IMG/VR virus record: IMGVR_UViG_3300049144_000053
Location: 1 to 36,033 of that record
Origin: a virus
Taxonomy: Duplodnaviria > Caudoviricetes
Direction: 5' to 3' (one strand)
Length of the DNA: 36,033 nt
Shown: one piece after another, positions 27,289 through 35,099 of the stretch
How the letters are laid out: the number at the start of each line of letters is the position of its first letter
Position numbering within the stretch: the stretch's first letter is position 1
The notes under the pieces: generated by a model
The model's database searches: none
The model's input: the letters and a program-made list of their open reading frames with translations, nothing else
Told to the model about the DNA's origin: nothing
Translations under genes and position numbers: made by a program

Positions 27289-27663
27289 ATGCCGACGACA
27301 CGCCTACCGTCCGCCGCAGGATGCACGCTGCACGAGGCCGGACGGGACTGGGACGCCATCCGCGTACCGAGCACCCTGGGCCTGGCAGCCATGACCATCC
27401 TCGGCTCCCGCTGCGGCGCCGTCGTCGAAGACCGGGGCACGCTCTACTACTTCGTCCCCACCGGCACGGCCGCCCAGTGGCAGGCCGACAACACCCGGGC
27501 CCTCGGCGCCGGCGTCACCGTGACGATCCCCCCGGCCCGCCGAACCCAAGGGCCCGGCCCGCATTGGCGGATCACCCCCGGCGAAGGCCGCTGGGTGACG
27601 GACGACCAGGCGCTTGCCGCGGCCCTCGAGGACGCCCGTACGCGACGGGAGCCCGCGGCATGA
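27289..27663 (+). CDS. Hypothetical protein (degenerate Prim-Pol-like Streptomyces family)
   Basis: GAGGAG RBS; WDAIRVP, GAVVED, YYFVP.G and HWRITP motifs. Confidence 0.7.
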   Translation: MPTTRLPSAAGCTLHEAGRDWDAIRVPSTLGLAAMTILGSRCGAVVEDRGTLYYFVPTGTAAQWQADNTRALGAGVTVTIPPARRTQGPGPHWRITPGEGRWVTDDQALAAALEDARTRREPAA

Positions 27664-28217
27664 CGGCTGAGCAACCCCTCATCTCTACCGCTGCCGACCG
27701 GCGGCTGGCCGTCGAGCACTGGCTCCTGGCCACGCTCCCCAACCGCGAGGCCCGCACCAAGGCGCGCGCGCAGTGGTCGGAGCATGGGCTGGCAATGCTG
27801 CCGCTCGGCGGGCTGATGTCCGCAGTGCACGTCCCGGCCGCGCTCGTGCAGGCCCTCGCTCGGACCCTGCGACCCGGCGACCTGGACGCGTTCCTTGCCG
27901 AGCGGCTGGACGGCGGGCCGGTGGTGTGCGCGATGCACGGCGGCTGGCGCTACTACCTCCTTGTCCCGGGCCGTACGCCGATCACGTGGCGCGAGGAGGC
28001 TAAGCGCTGGCAGAAGCAGCAGATCGGGGTTCTCGGCCGCGGCGCGTACCTCGGGGTGCCGCCCGTCGACCGCACGGAGTACGACGCGGGGACCCGGGAC
28101 TCGTACTGGTCGGTGCCGATGGAGTCGCTCGGCGAGCTGTGCGACCCCCTCGTGGCGGGTCGCTTCGTGGCTGACGCCGTGCACGCCGCCGCGGTCCTTG
28201 AGGGAGCCGCGTCATGA
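27660..28217 (+). CDS. Hypothetical protein, paralogue of the upstream gene
   Basis: ATGA overlap; SAVHVP, GPVVC, YYLLVPG, LGRGAYLGVP and YWSVP motifs. Confidence 0.7.
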   Translation: MTAEQPLISTAADRRLAVEHWLLATLPNREARTKARAQWSEHGLAMLPLGGLMSAVHVPAALVQALARTLRPGDLDAFLAERLDGGPVVCAMHGGWRYYLLVPGRTPITWREEAKRWQKQQIGVLGRGAYLGVPPVDRTEYDAGTRDSYWSVPMESLGELCDPLVAGRFVADAVHAAAVLEGAAS

Positions 28218-28417
28218 TCTGCGACCGCTGCAGCAAGGTCATCCCGCCGGGCCGCGGCTACGACGAGGTCGCGGTGGAGACCGGGTCGGGTGCTGCGGCC
28301 ACTGTGGTGATGTGCCGGGGTGGCTGCGTGTCGGCGGACCGTCAGCGTGCTCCGCTGAGGGCTGTTGTCCTCGCCGAGGCTCCCCGTTACCGGCCGCCTC
28401 GCCGACGGCGCCGGTAG
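28214..28417 (+). CDS. Small Cys-rich (Zn-binding) protein
   Basis: MICDRC...C...C; ATGA overlap. Confidence 0.6.
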   Translation: MICDRCSKVIPPGRGYDEVAVETGSGAAATVVMCRGGCVSADRQRAPLRAVVLAEAPRYRPPRRRRR

Positions 28418-28457
28418 CGGGACGGGGCCGTCTCGCTTCCCCCGTGGCGGGCGGTCC

Positions 28458-28497
28458 GGCCCGCCGCCGGTTGATCCCCTGTCACCGGCGGCGGGCC
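28458..28497. terminator. Bidirectional hairpin between convergent genes
   Basis: 14-bp perfect stem ggcccgccgccggt / accggcggcgggcc. Confidence 0.7.
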
Positions 28498-28739
28498 TAC
28501 TCCTGCTCGTCGATGAGGCGGGAGAGCGGGACGTCCAAGACCCAGGCGATGCGCCGCAGGGTGGACACCGTGACCTCATGTCCCGCCTCGGCGCGCTGGA
28601 AGGTCCCCCGGCTGATGCCGGCCGCGAGCCACACCTTGTCCTGGGTCAGGTTCTGGCGCATGCGCTCGGCGCGGATCCGGTCGCCGGTGGCCCGTCGGCG
28701 GTCGATGAGCCAGGTCTCGTCGTCGGGCAGGTCTCGCAC
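28497..28739 (-). CDS. Small XRE-family HTH regulator
   Basis: GDRIRAERMRQNLTQDKV..AAGISRGTFQRAEAG....STLRRIA.VLDVP. Confidence 0.85.
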   Translation of the reverse strand: MRDLPDDETWLIDRRRATGDRIRAERMRQNLTQDKVWLAAGISRGTFQRAEAGHEVTVSTLRRIAWVLDVPLSRLIDEQE

Positions 28740-28951
28740 CCGCTCAACGCTTTATTGATCATGGCCCAGTGTCTGCACAACATATTGGGCATTCCATGAT
28801 CATGATTCAGCCAAAGACGCAATACCACCGTTGGTAAAACACCCGTTCGAGTGGCGTGAGAATTACCCCATTGATCGAACGGCTGTAAGGACCAACCATT
28901 ACCTACACTCCCCACGCTTCCCCACCCGAACGACCACGCAGGCGGAACACC

Positions 28952-29179
28952 ATGAGCGACGAGCACCTCCGCACCCGCGCGGGGCGCCTCACCCCCCAGC
29001 AGGCCACCCGCCTCGAGTACGCCCACCGCGACCTCGAATCCGCCCGCGCCGAGGACCTCGCCCAGCTCGATTCGGCCGGCCTCATCCTCGTCATCGAGCG
29101 CCTGCGCACCCGCCTGCACGACACCCTCGCCCTGGTCGACGAACTGACCGCCCCACCCTCCGCGCCCCACGAGGACTGA
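28952..29179 (+). CDS. Small helical hypothetical protein
   Basis: 75 aa with high GC3, downstream of an AT-richer intergenic region. Confidence 0.65.
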   Translation: MSDEHLRTRAGRLTPQQATRLEYAHRDLESARAEDLAQLDSAGLILVIERLRTRLHDTLALVDELTAPPSAPHED

Positions 29180-29182
29180 GTA

Positions 29183-29220
29183 CCCTAACCAACGTTGTAG
29201 TCCCAGAACTTACGTAAGGG
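29183..29220. other. Candidate attP site
   Basis: Imperfect inverted repeat ccctaaccaacgttgt-agTCcc-agaacttacgtaaggg (11/16 arm matches), 25 nt upstream of a serine integrase. Confidence 0.55.
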
Positions 29221-29245
29221 ACAACGCAATCGGTAGCATCGGCTC

Positions 29246-30904
29246 ATGCCGTACGCGCCCGAATACCTGCACCTCGTCTTCCCCGGTGTCACCTTCCAGG
29301 CCTGGCTCTACGGCCGCAACAGCGACGACGCCACGAAAAGCGGCGACTCCGTCGAGGACCAGCTCACCACCGGCCGCGCCCTGTGCCGCGAGTACCACTG
29401 GCGCATCGACCACGAGTTCAAAGACACCGGCATCTCCGCCAGCCGCCACGGCCGCAAGAGCCGCGACGACTTCGAGGACCTCCTCGACACGATCACCGAG
29501 ACGCCCGAAGAGCCCGGCGTCCGCCGCATCGTCGTCGCCTACGAGGCGAGCCGGTACTACCGGGACCTCGAGGCCTACGTCCGCCTCCGTGCCGCGTGCC
29601 TCAACTCGAACACCCTGCTCTGCTACAACGGCCAGGTCTACGACCTCAGCAGGCGCGACGACCGCAAGACGACAGCCCAGCACGCCGTCGACGCAGAGGA
29701 CGAGGCCGAGGGCATCTACGCCCGCAACCTCCGCACGGCCACGATCCAGGCCGAGGAAGGCAAGCCTCACGGGAAGATGCTGTACGGCTACCTCCGCGAG
29801 TACGCGGTCGTCGGCGGGCGCCGGCGCTGCGTCGGCCAGTACGAGGACCCCGTCCGCGGCCCGATCGTGTACCAGAGCCTGGTGCACATCGACTCGGGCA
29901 AGTCGATGAACTCCTTGGTGCGTTGGCTCAGGGCCACCCCGGAGGCTGCCCGGCCCGACGGGAGGGAGTGGTCCAGCATCACCGCCCGGCGCATGCTGCT
30001 CAACCGCGCCTATCTCGGCGAGCGGCTGCACCACGGCTCGTACAGGAAAGCCACGTGGCCCCCGCTCAAGGGGCTGGACACCCCAGACGGCCGGGCGCTG
30101 TTCAACCGGGTCACGGCCAAGCTCACCGACCCGGCGCGCCGCACCCAGCGCGGCACCGACGTCGCCCACCTCCAGTCGTTCATCGCGCTGTGCGGCGAGT
30201 GCGGCGACCACCAGCTGCTCAGCGCCTGGCCCCGCGCGAACGGCGTGATGCTGCTCGGCTGCAAGCCGAACCGGCATGTGAGCATCCGCGAGGACGTCGC
30301 GGATGCGTACGTCGAGGAGGCCGTGGTCGAGTGGATCAGCAGGAAGGAGGCCGCGCACGCCGCTCTTCTGCCTGACCAGACGGACGTCAGCTCGAGGACG
30401 GCGGCGATCCAGCGTCTGATCAACGGCTACGAGGAGCAGTTGAGGGAGGCGCGCACGCTGGCCCGCTCGTTCAACGCGGACACGGGCCGGCCGATGCTGC
30501 CCGCGTCCTCGCTGGCCGAGATGGAGCAGGACCTGGGGCCGAAGCTGGAGCGGGAGCAGGCGAAGCTACGGGAGCTGACGGGCGTCTCGCCTCTGCTGCT
30601 GGACATGCTGGCCGCGGAGGACCCGGACGCGGTGTGGAACGGGCGCCCGGCCCGCGACGGGCAGCCCGCGAAGCCGGGGCTGACGCTGGAGCAGAAGCGC
30701 GAGATCCTCAGGAAGGTCGTGACGGTCCGCCTGCACAAGCCGAGCCAGAGCGGCGGACGGCAGATCGAACTGGACCGGATCCGGCTGTCGTTCGTCGGTT
30801 CCCCGGGGTTCAGGGACCGACCACTCCGTGCTCCCGGGACCGCTCGTGCTGATGGTCCTGCGGGTTCTCGCCTCGCTGCCGTTCCTGCTTCGGGAACGGG
30901 ATGA
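29246..30904 (+). CDS. int: Large serine integrase (recombinase)
   Basis: Catalytic YGRNS..SVEDQ, D.GISAS, SRYYR, YGY recombinase domain, CGECG Zn ribbon and coiled coil; TAGCAT 6 nt before the ATG (leaderless). Confidence 0.93.
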   Translation: MPYAPEYLHLVFPGVTFQAWLYGRNSDDATKSGDSVEDQLTTGRALCREYHWRIDHEFKDTGISASRHGRKSRDDFEDLLDTITETPEEPGVRRIVVAYEASRYYRDLEAYVRLRAACLNSNTLLCYNGQVYDLSRRDDRKTTAQHAVDAEDEAEGIYARNLRTATIQAEEGKPHGKMLYGYLREYAVVGGRRRCVGQYEDPVRGPIVYQSLVHIDSGKSMNSLVRWLRATPEAARPDGREWSSITARRMLLNRAYLGERLHHGSYRKATWPPLKGLDTPDGRALFNRVTAKLTDPARRTQRGTDVAHLQSFIALCGECGDHQLLSAWPRANGVMLLGCKPNRHVSIREDVADAYVEEAVVEWISRKEAAHAALLPDQTDVSSRTAAIQRLINGYEEQLREARTLARSFNADTGRPMLPASSLAEMEQDLGPKLEREQAKLRELTGVSPLLLDMLAAEDPDAVWNGRPARDGQPAKPGLTLEQKREILRKVVTVRLHKPSQSGGRQIELDRIRLSFVGSPGFRDRPLRAPGTARADGPAGSRLAAVPASGTG

Positions 30905-31379
30905 GGTTGGCAGCCTGCGCCGGCGTCTTCTTTTTCAGGTCGCCGCGGCGCTCCATCTCGACACCGGTGCGGAAGGCGTCCGCGGCGAGCTGGCTTCGCT
31001 CCTCTTCGAACTGGGCGCGCATCTGCCGGCGTTCCTCGATGAGGGTCGCGCGGATGGCGGCCCGCTCGGCTGCCATGTCCCGGGTGAGGCGCCCCATCTC
31101 CCCTTCGAGGGCGGCCTGGGCGGCGATGTAGCGCGCCCTCTCGCTCTGGGCCTCCCGCTGGCAGGCACCCAGGATGCGACGCTCCTCGGTCGTGTTGATG
31201 ACCCAGTGGCGGACGAGGACCAGCGCGATGATCGTGAGGCCGGTCATGACGAGGCAGGCTCCACCGATGGAGCCTGCGATGTTGTCGTCTGGGGTGCTGT
31301 GGATGATCACGGCGAATCCTGAGATCAGGATTCCTGCGGCCGTCGCCATGGCCACTTTGCTGCCGGCCGTGATCTCCAT
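30810..31379 (-). CDS. Membrane protein (2 TM plus coiled coil), co-oriented with the repressor
   Basis: Starts just after the repressor stop (ATG 31379 or GTG 31385); two hydrophobic helices then an Arg/Glu-rich coiled coil. Confidence 0.75.
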   Translation of the reverse strand: MEITAGSKVAMATAAGILISGFAVIIHSTPDDNIAGSIGGACLVMTGLTIIALVLVRHWVINTTEERRILGACQREAQSERARYIAAQAALEGEMGRLTRDMAAERAAIRATLIEERRQMRAQFEEERSQLAADAFRTGVEMERRGDLKKKTPAQAANLIPFPKQERQRGENPQDHQHERSREHGVVGP

Positions 31380-31390
31380 GCGCACCCCCG

Positions 31391-31840
31391 CTACATCTGT
31401 GCCGCCGTGCCCTCGGAGGTGTCGGCCTCGTCTTCGTCTTGGCGCAGCTTGTCGACAACGGCGAGGAACATGTGCCTGCCCACGTCGTTGCGGATGCCCA
31501 ACCGCTCGGCCGCTTCCTCCGGAGTGATCGAGTCCGAGCCTACCTGTGATGGTTTAGTTTCGGACAGTGTCTGCTGAGACTCCAGGTACTCGCGCGGGAG
31601 GATCTCCGCGGCGACGAGGAGTTCGACCGGGTTGAGTCCTGTGACTGCTGCCAGGGCCGGGAAGAACTTCACGTGGGGGATCTGCTCGCCCTTGATGAGG
31701 CGCGAGACGGAGCTCGAGGACATGCCGGTGTCAGCTACGAGTCGTTGCTGGGACCCGTATCCCGTGTAGCCGGCCGCCTCGAGTGCGGGGAGGACGAGCG
31801 CGCAGAACTCTCTTACGCGCTCTTGGGGGGTAGCCGTCAT
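31391..31840 (-). CDS. Immunity repressor (XRE HTH, no S24 peptidase domain)
   Basis: QQRLVADTGMSSSSVSRLIKGEQIP HTH; divergent from a Cro-like gene and next to the integrase. Confidence 0.85.
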   Translation of the reverse strand: MTATPQERVREFCALVLPALEAAGYTGYGSQQRLVADTGMSSSSVSRLIKGEQIPHVKFFPALAAVTGLNPVELLVAAEILPREYLESQQTLSETKPSQVGSDSITPEEAAERLGIRNDVGRHMFLAVVDKLRQDEDEADTSEGTAAQM

Positions 31841-31855
31841 GTCCCCGCACTTTAC

Positions 31856-32042
31856 TTCCCTCGGGAGGGAATAGTCACGGATTCCCTTGCCAGGGAAAGC
31901 GGCGATCCGGCCACTGACATGCGTTGATGCAGGCCACCCCCACGCTCGAACACGCGTTCGCCTAAAACTTCACCCTTCCCTTACCGGGGCATTCCCTTGC
32001 CAGGGAGGGATTCTCTGTGCCAAAGTTTCCCTCGACAGGGAA
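31856..32042. promoter_or_regulatory. Five operator palindromes TTCCCT-N4-AGGGAA
   Basis: 31856-31871, 31882-31897 and 32027-32042 are perfect; 31992-32007 has 1 mismatch; 31976-31991 has 2 mismatches. Confidence 0.88.
31946..31961. promoter_or_regulatory. LexA (SOS) box
   Basis: TCGAAC-ACGC-GTTCGC against the actinobacterial consensus TCGAAC-N4-GTTCGA. Confidence 0.7.
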
Positions 32043-32077
32043 ACCACCCCGCTACCTGCGGAGGGAGGCACATCCAC

Positions 32078-32314
32078 GTGTACCGGCTCAACGTCCAAAA
32101 GCTCCAGGACATCGCCCGGACGCACGGCGACAACACGCCGTACGCCGTCGCCAAGCGCACCGGGATCAACACGTCCTCGACGTACAGGATCCTCGCCGGC
32201 CAGACGCAACCTGACCTGATCTCGGCGCTACGGCTCGCACAGGCATATGACCTCGACATTCGCACGGTCATGGACCGGGTCGACGACGACGAACTCGCCG
32301 GAGCGGCCGCATGA
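32078..32314 (+). CDS. Cro-like HTH protein
   Basis: GGGAGG RBS and GTG start; YAVAKRTGINTSSTYRILAGQTQPDL HTH. Confidence 0.85.
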   Translation: MYRLNVQKLQDIARTHGDNTPYAVAKRTGINTSSTYRILAGQTQPDLISALRLAQAYDLDIRTVMDRVDDDELAGAAA

Positions 32315-32484
32315 CCCGGGAAGAGCGCCGCGCGCTCCTCGGCGACGCGGTCATCGCCCAGATCCACGAGCTCGTCGACGCCGCCCCGGATCCGACTCCG
32401 GAGCTTGTCGAGGAGCTGCGCCGGATCATGACGCGCCCCGGTGGCAGCGTTCCGGCGCCCCGGCCGGCTGCCGCTGCCGCCTGA
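32311..32484 (+). CDS. 57-aa protein, candidate recombination directionality factor
   Basis: ATGA overlap with cro; MTREERRALLGDAVIAQIHELVDAAPDPTPELVEELRRIMTRP; below the ORF-track size cutoff. Confidence 0.6.
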   Translation: MTREERRALLGDAVIAQIHELVDAAPDPTPELVEELRRIMTRPGGSVPAPRPAAAAA

Positions 32485-32578
32485 TTCTCCCCGCACACGC
32501 CGAAGGGCCGCTCCGACTGTGCCGGCCTGAGCAGCCCTACGACTCGGCGACCTCATCAACCCACGGAAGAAGGTCACC

Positions 32579-32896
32579 TTGAAGACCAACCCTAACCCCC
32601 AGCACGGCGCCGCACTGGCGCTGGTGCAGCTCCTCATGGAGCACCCCGAACTGGCCGCCGCGAACTGGCGGATCGACCGCGACGGGCTGCTGTCCGGGAC
32701 CGTCGCCCACAACGCGGACGCCGACGTCCGTCCGGCCATGCAGGCCTACGCCGAGGCCCTGGGCGCGGAGCTGCACGAGCAGCCGATGCCCGCGCAGGCG
32801 CAGGTCAGTTTCACGGTGTTCGCGTCGTGGCGGGACGTGCGGGTGAACGTGTGGGCGTCGTGCTCGGCGGCGGCCTCCCAGGCGGTGGCGGCATGA
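32579..32896 (+). CDS. Hypothetical early protein
   Basis: TTG start after GAAGAAGG; coupled to the next gene. Confidence 0.65.
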   Translation: MKTNPNPQHGAALALVQLLMEHPELAAANWRIDRDGLLSGTVAHNADADVRPAMQAYAEALGAELHEQPMPAQAQVSFTVFASWRDVRVNVWASCSAAASQAVAA

Positions 32897-33969
32897 GCGC
32901 CCCGGTGTCGCACGACCCGCTGGTCGTGAACACGAGCGACGGCGCCGTGTGGATGCGCCGCGCGGTCACCCGGGACGGGCACGGCCTGTACGTGGTGGCG
33001 GATGCGCCGGCGTGCTGCCCGCCGTTCGTGATGGCGACGCTGGCTGAGCTGGCGGAGCACGGGATCGCGGGGTCGGCGGACGTGCTGCCGGTGCCGGTGG
33101 GCCGGGAGCCGTCGGACCGGGAGAAGGAGCGTGCCGCGATCGCCGAGCTGATCGGCGACGCGGAGCCCGCGAGTGACGGCCTGGTCGTCCAGCTCGGCCA
33201 GTCGGTGCGCGACCGGCGCGAGCACGAGCACCCGACGTGGGAGGACCTGTACTGCCTCAACCTCACCTCGTTCATGGGTGAGCGGATGGGGCCGGTGCTG
33301 CGCCGCCTCCTGGACGCCGAGGCCGAGGTCGAGAAGCTGCGGGGTGAGCTGGCCGACCGTGACCTGCTGGCCGCACAGAACCGGGCGTTGGAGGGCCGCG
33401 TCACGCGGTACCGCCTCGCGTGGCGTGCCGCCTACCAGCGCGCGCAGGGTCGCGGTTGGGCCGCCGACCGAGCGGGTGCCCGTGCCCGCGACTTGCAAGA
33501 GGCCCTCCAGCACATGCTGTTCTCGGTCATCGGTGGGCAGATGGCGCTGCACGAGGCGAACCGCGAGCGGCAGGAGCTGCGGGACCGCGTCGAGGAGCTG
33601 CTCGCGGAGCGGCACTCGACGAACGAGGCGCTCTCCGACACGACCGTGACGCTGCACGAGCGCGAGACCGCCCCGCTGACGGTGTACCGGGCGTCGCACG
33701 ACTCGATCGTGATGGGCATGTACACCGCGGCCGCAGAGGCCCGGAAGCACTGCGAGACCGTCCTCCGGCGCGAGTACGACGAGACCACCAAGGTGTCGCT
33801 CTGGTGGCGTGACGACGAGGGCAACGAAGAGCAGCCGCAGGACGGGGAAGTCGAGCTGATCGCGCACGTCACCCCGCACGGCTTCCCCAAGGGGCGCACC
33901 TGGTACACGGGCTACGTCGTCACCAGCCTCGCGGTGTCCGCCTCGTACGACGAGGGGGCCGACGAGTGA
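32893..33969 (+). CDS. Hypothetical early protein with a central coiled coil
   Basis: ATGA overlap at 32893 (MSAPVSHDPLVVNT...). Confidence 0.75.
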   Translation: MSAPVSHDPLVVNTSDGAVWMRRAVTRDGHGLYVVADAPACCPPFVMATLAELAEHGIAGSADVLPVPVGREPSDREKERAAIAELIGDAEPASDGLVVQLGQSVRDRREHEHPTWEDLYCLNLTSFMGERMGPVLRRLLDAEAEVEKLRGELADRDLLAAQNRALEGRVTRYRLAWRAAYQRAQGRGWAADRAGARARDLQEALQHMLFSVIGGQMALHEANRERQELRDRVEELLAERHSTNEALSDTTVTLHERETAPLTVYRASHDSIVMGMYTAAAEARKHCETVLRREYDETTKVSLWWRDDEGNEEQPQDGEVELIAHVTPHGFPKGRTWYTGYVVTSLAVSASYDEGADE

Positions 33970-34091
33970 CCGCCGCCGCTGTCGTCGCGGGCGTGGGCGT
34001 CTGCCTCATCTACTCCACGGTCGACCTCCCCTCCCTCTGCGCGCGTGCCGCGCACCGTCTCGCCAACCGCCGCCCCGGGAGCACCCGATGA
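33966..34091 (+). CDS. 41-aa hydrophobic peptide
   Basis: GTGA and ATGA overlaps at both ends; MTAAAVVAGVGVCLIYSTVDL... Confidence 0.5.
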   Translation: MTAAAVVAGVGVCLIYSTVDLPSLCARAAHRLANRRPGSTR

Positions 34092-34468
34092 ACCACCTCC
34101 GCCTGATCTGGCACCGCCTCACCCGCCGCCCCGCCATCACCGGCCCGTACCGCGTGTACGTCCGCCGCATCCCCACCGGCGTGATGCTCGACGTCGAGCA
34201 CTACCTCACCGCCGTCCTGGAGACCCTCACCGACAACCCCGACCTCCTCGACCTGCTCCTGGAGATGGCCGAGGACCGCGGGCAGTCCCGCGAGCACGAC
34301 GGCTGGGAGCCGGAGGAGCTGCTCGTCGAGAAGCTCGTCGCGGCGCTGGGCTACGAGCTGCCGGTGTACGGCAAGCAGGTGGCCGCGCTGGCGGACCGGC
34401 TGCGGGCGCTGGCCCCGGCTCCGGCCGTGGTGATCCCCGCACCGCGCGAGGGCGGTGCCGCCGCGTGA
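34088..34468 (+). CDS. Hypothetical protein
   Basis: Coupled by overlaps at both ends; high GC3. Confidence 0.7.
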   Translation: MNHLRLIWHRLTRRPAITGPYRVYVRRIPTGVMLDVEHYLTAVLETLTDNPDLLDLLLEMAEDRGQSREHDGWEPEELLVEKLVAALGYELPVYGKQVAALADRLRALAPAPAVVIPAPREGGAAA

Positions 34469-34719
34469 GCACCGTGACCGAGCCGATGACGCGCCGTGCG
34501 TACCTCCTCGCCGCCATACAGGCCGACGGCCGGCCGCTCACCGTGCAGCGCGCCGAACATCTGATGGCCGACTCGCCCTGGCCGACCGCTCGCCGCAACA
34601 CCCTCCGCAAGGACCTCCGGGCGCTCTCCGCGCGCGGCCAGCTCCTCGCGGAGGACGCGGCTGGGCGTCGTACCTACCGCCTGATCCCCGCGACCACCGG
34701 AGAGGACGGCCGCTCATGA
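34465..34719 (+). CDS. Small winged-helix-like protein
   Basis: RRAYLLAAIQ...RNTLRKDLRALSARGQL...RRTY pattern. Confidence 0.6.
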   Translation: MSTVTEPMTRRAYLLAAIQADGRPLTVQRAEHLMADSPWPTARRNTLRKDLRALSARGQLLAEDAAGRRTYRLIPATTGEDGRS

Positions 34720-35099
34720 CGGACCGCGCCTACCCCGCCGACCGGATCGAGCGGTACGTGACCGCGCTGCGCGAGGCCGACGCCCACGCCCGGCTCGGTG
34801 ATCGCCGAGACCTCGAGCGGCTGGCCCGCGCGGTGATGGCCGTCGCGGACGCCGAGACCGACCCGGTGTACCGCTCCGGCTACCGCATGGGTCGGGCGCA
34901 CACGGGCGCCGACGCCTGGGACCTCGCCGGGTTCGTCCCCGTGTTCACGACCAGCGACGGCAGCGACTGCCCCGCGACCGAGCTGCGGCACCAGGCGTGC
35001 ACCGAGCTGGTCCAGGGCGTCGGCCCGCACGACCTCATCGACCTGATGGCGCTCGCCGCCCGGCACGAGTGCACGACCCCCAGGAAGGACGGCGCCTGA
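34716..35099 (+). CDS. Hypothetical protein
   Basis: ATGA overlap and GAGGA RBS. Confidence 0.6.
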   Translation: MTDRAYPADRIERYVTALREADAHARLGDRRDLERLARAVMAVADAETDPVYRSGYRMGRAHTGADAWDLAGFVPVFTTSDGSDCPATELRHQACTELVQGVGPHDLIDLMALAARHECTTPRKDGA

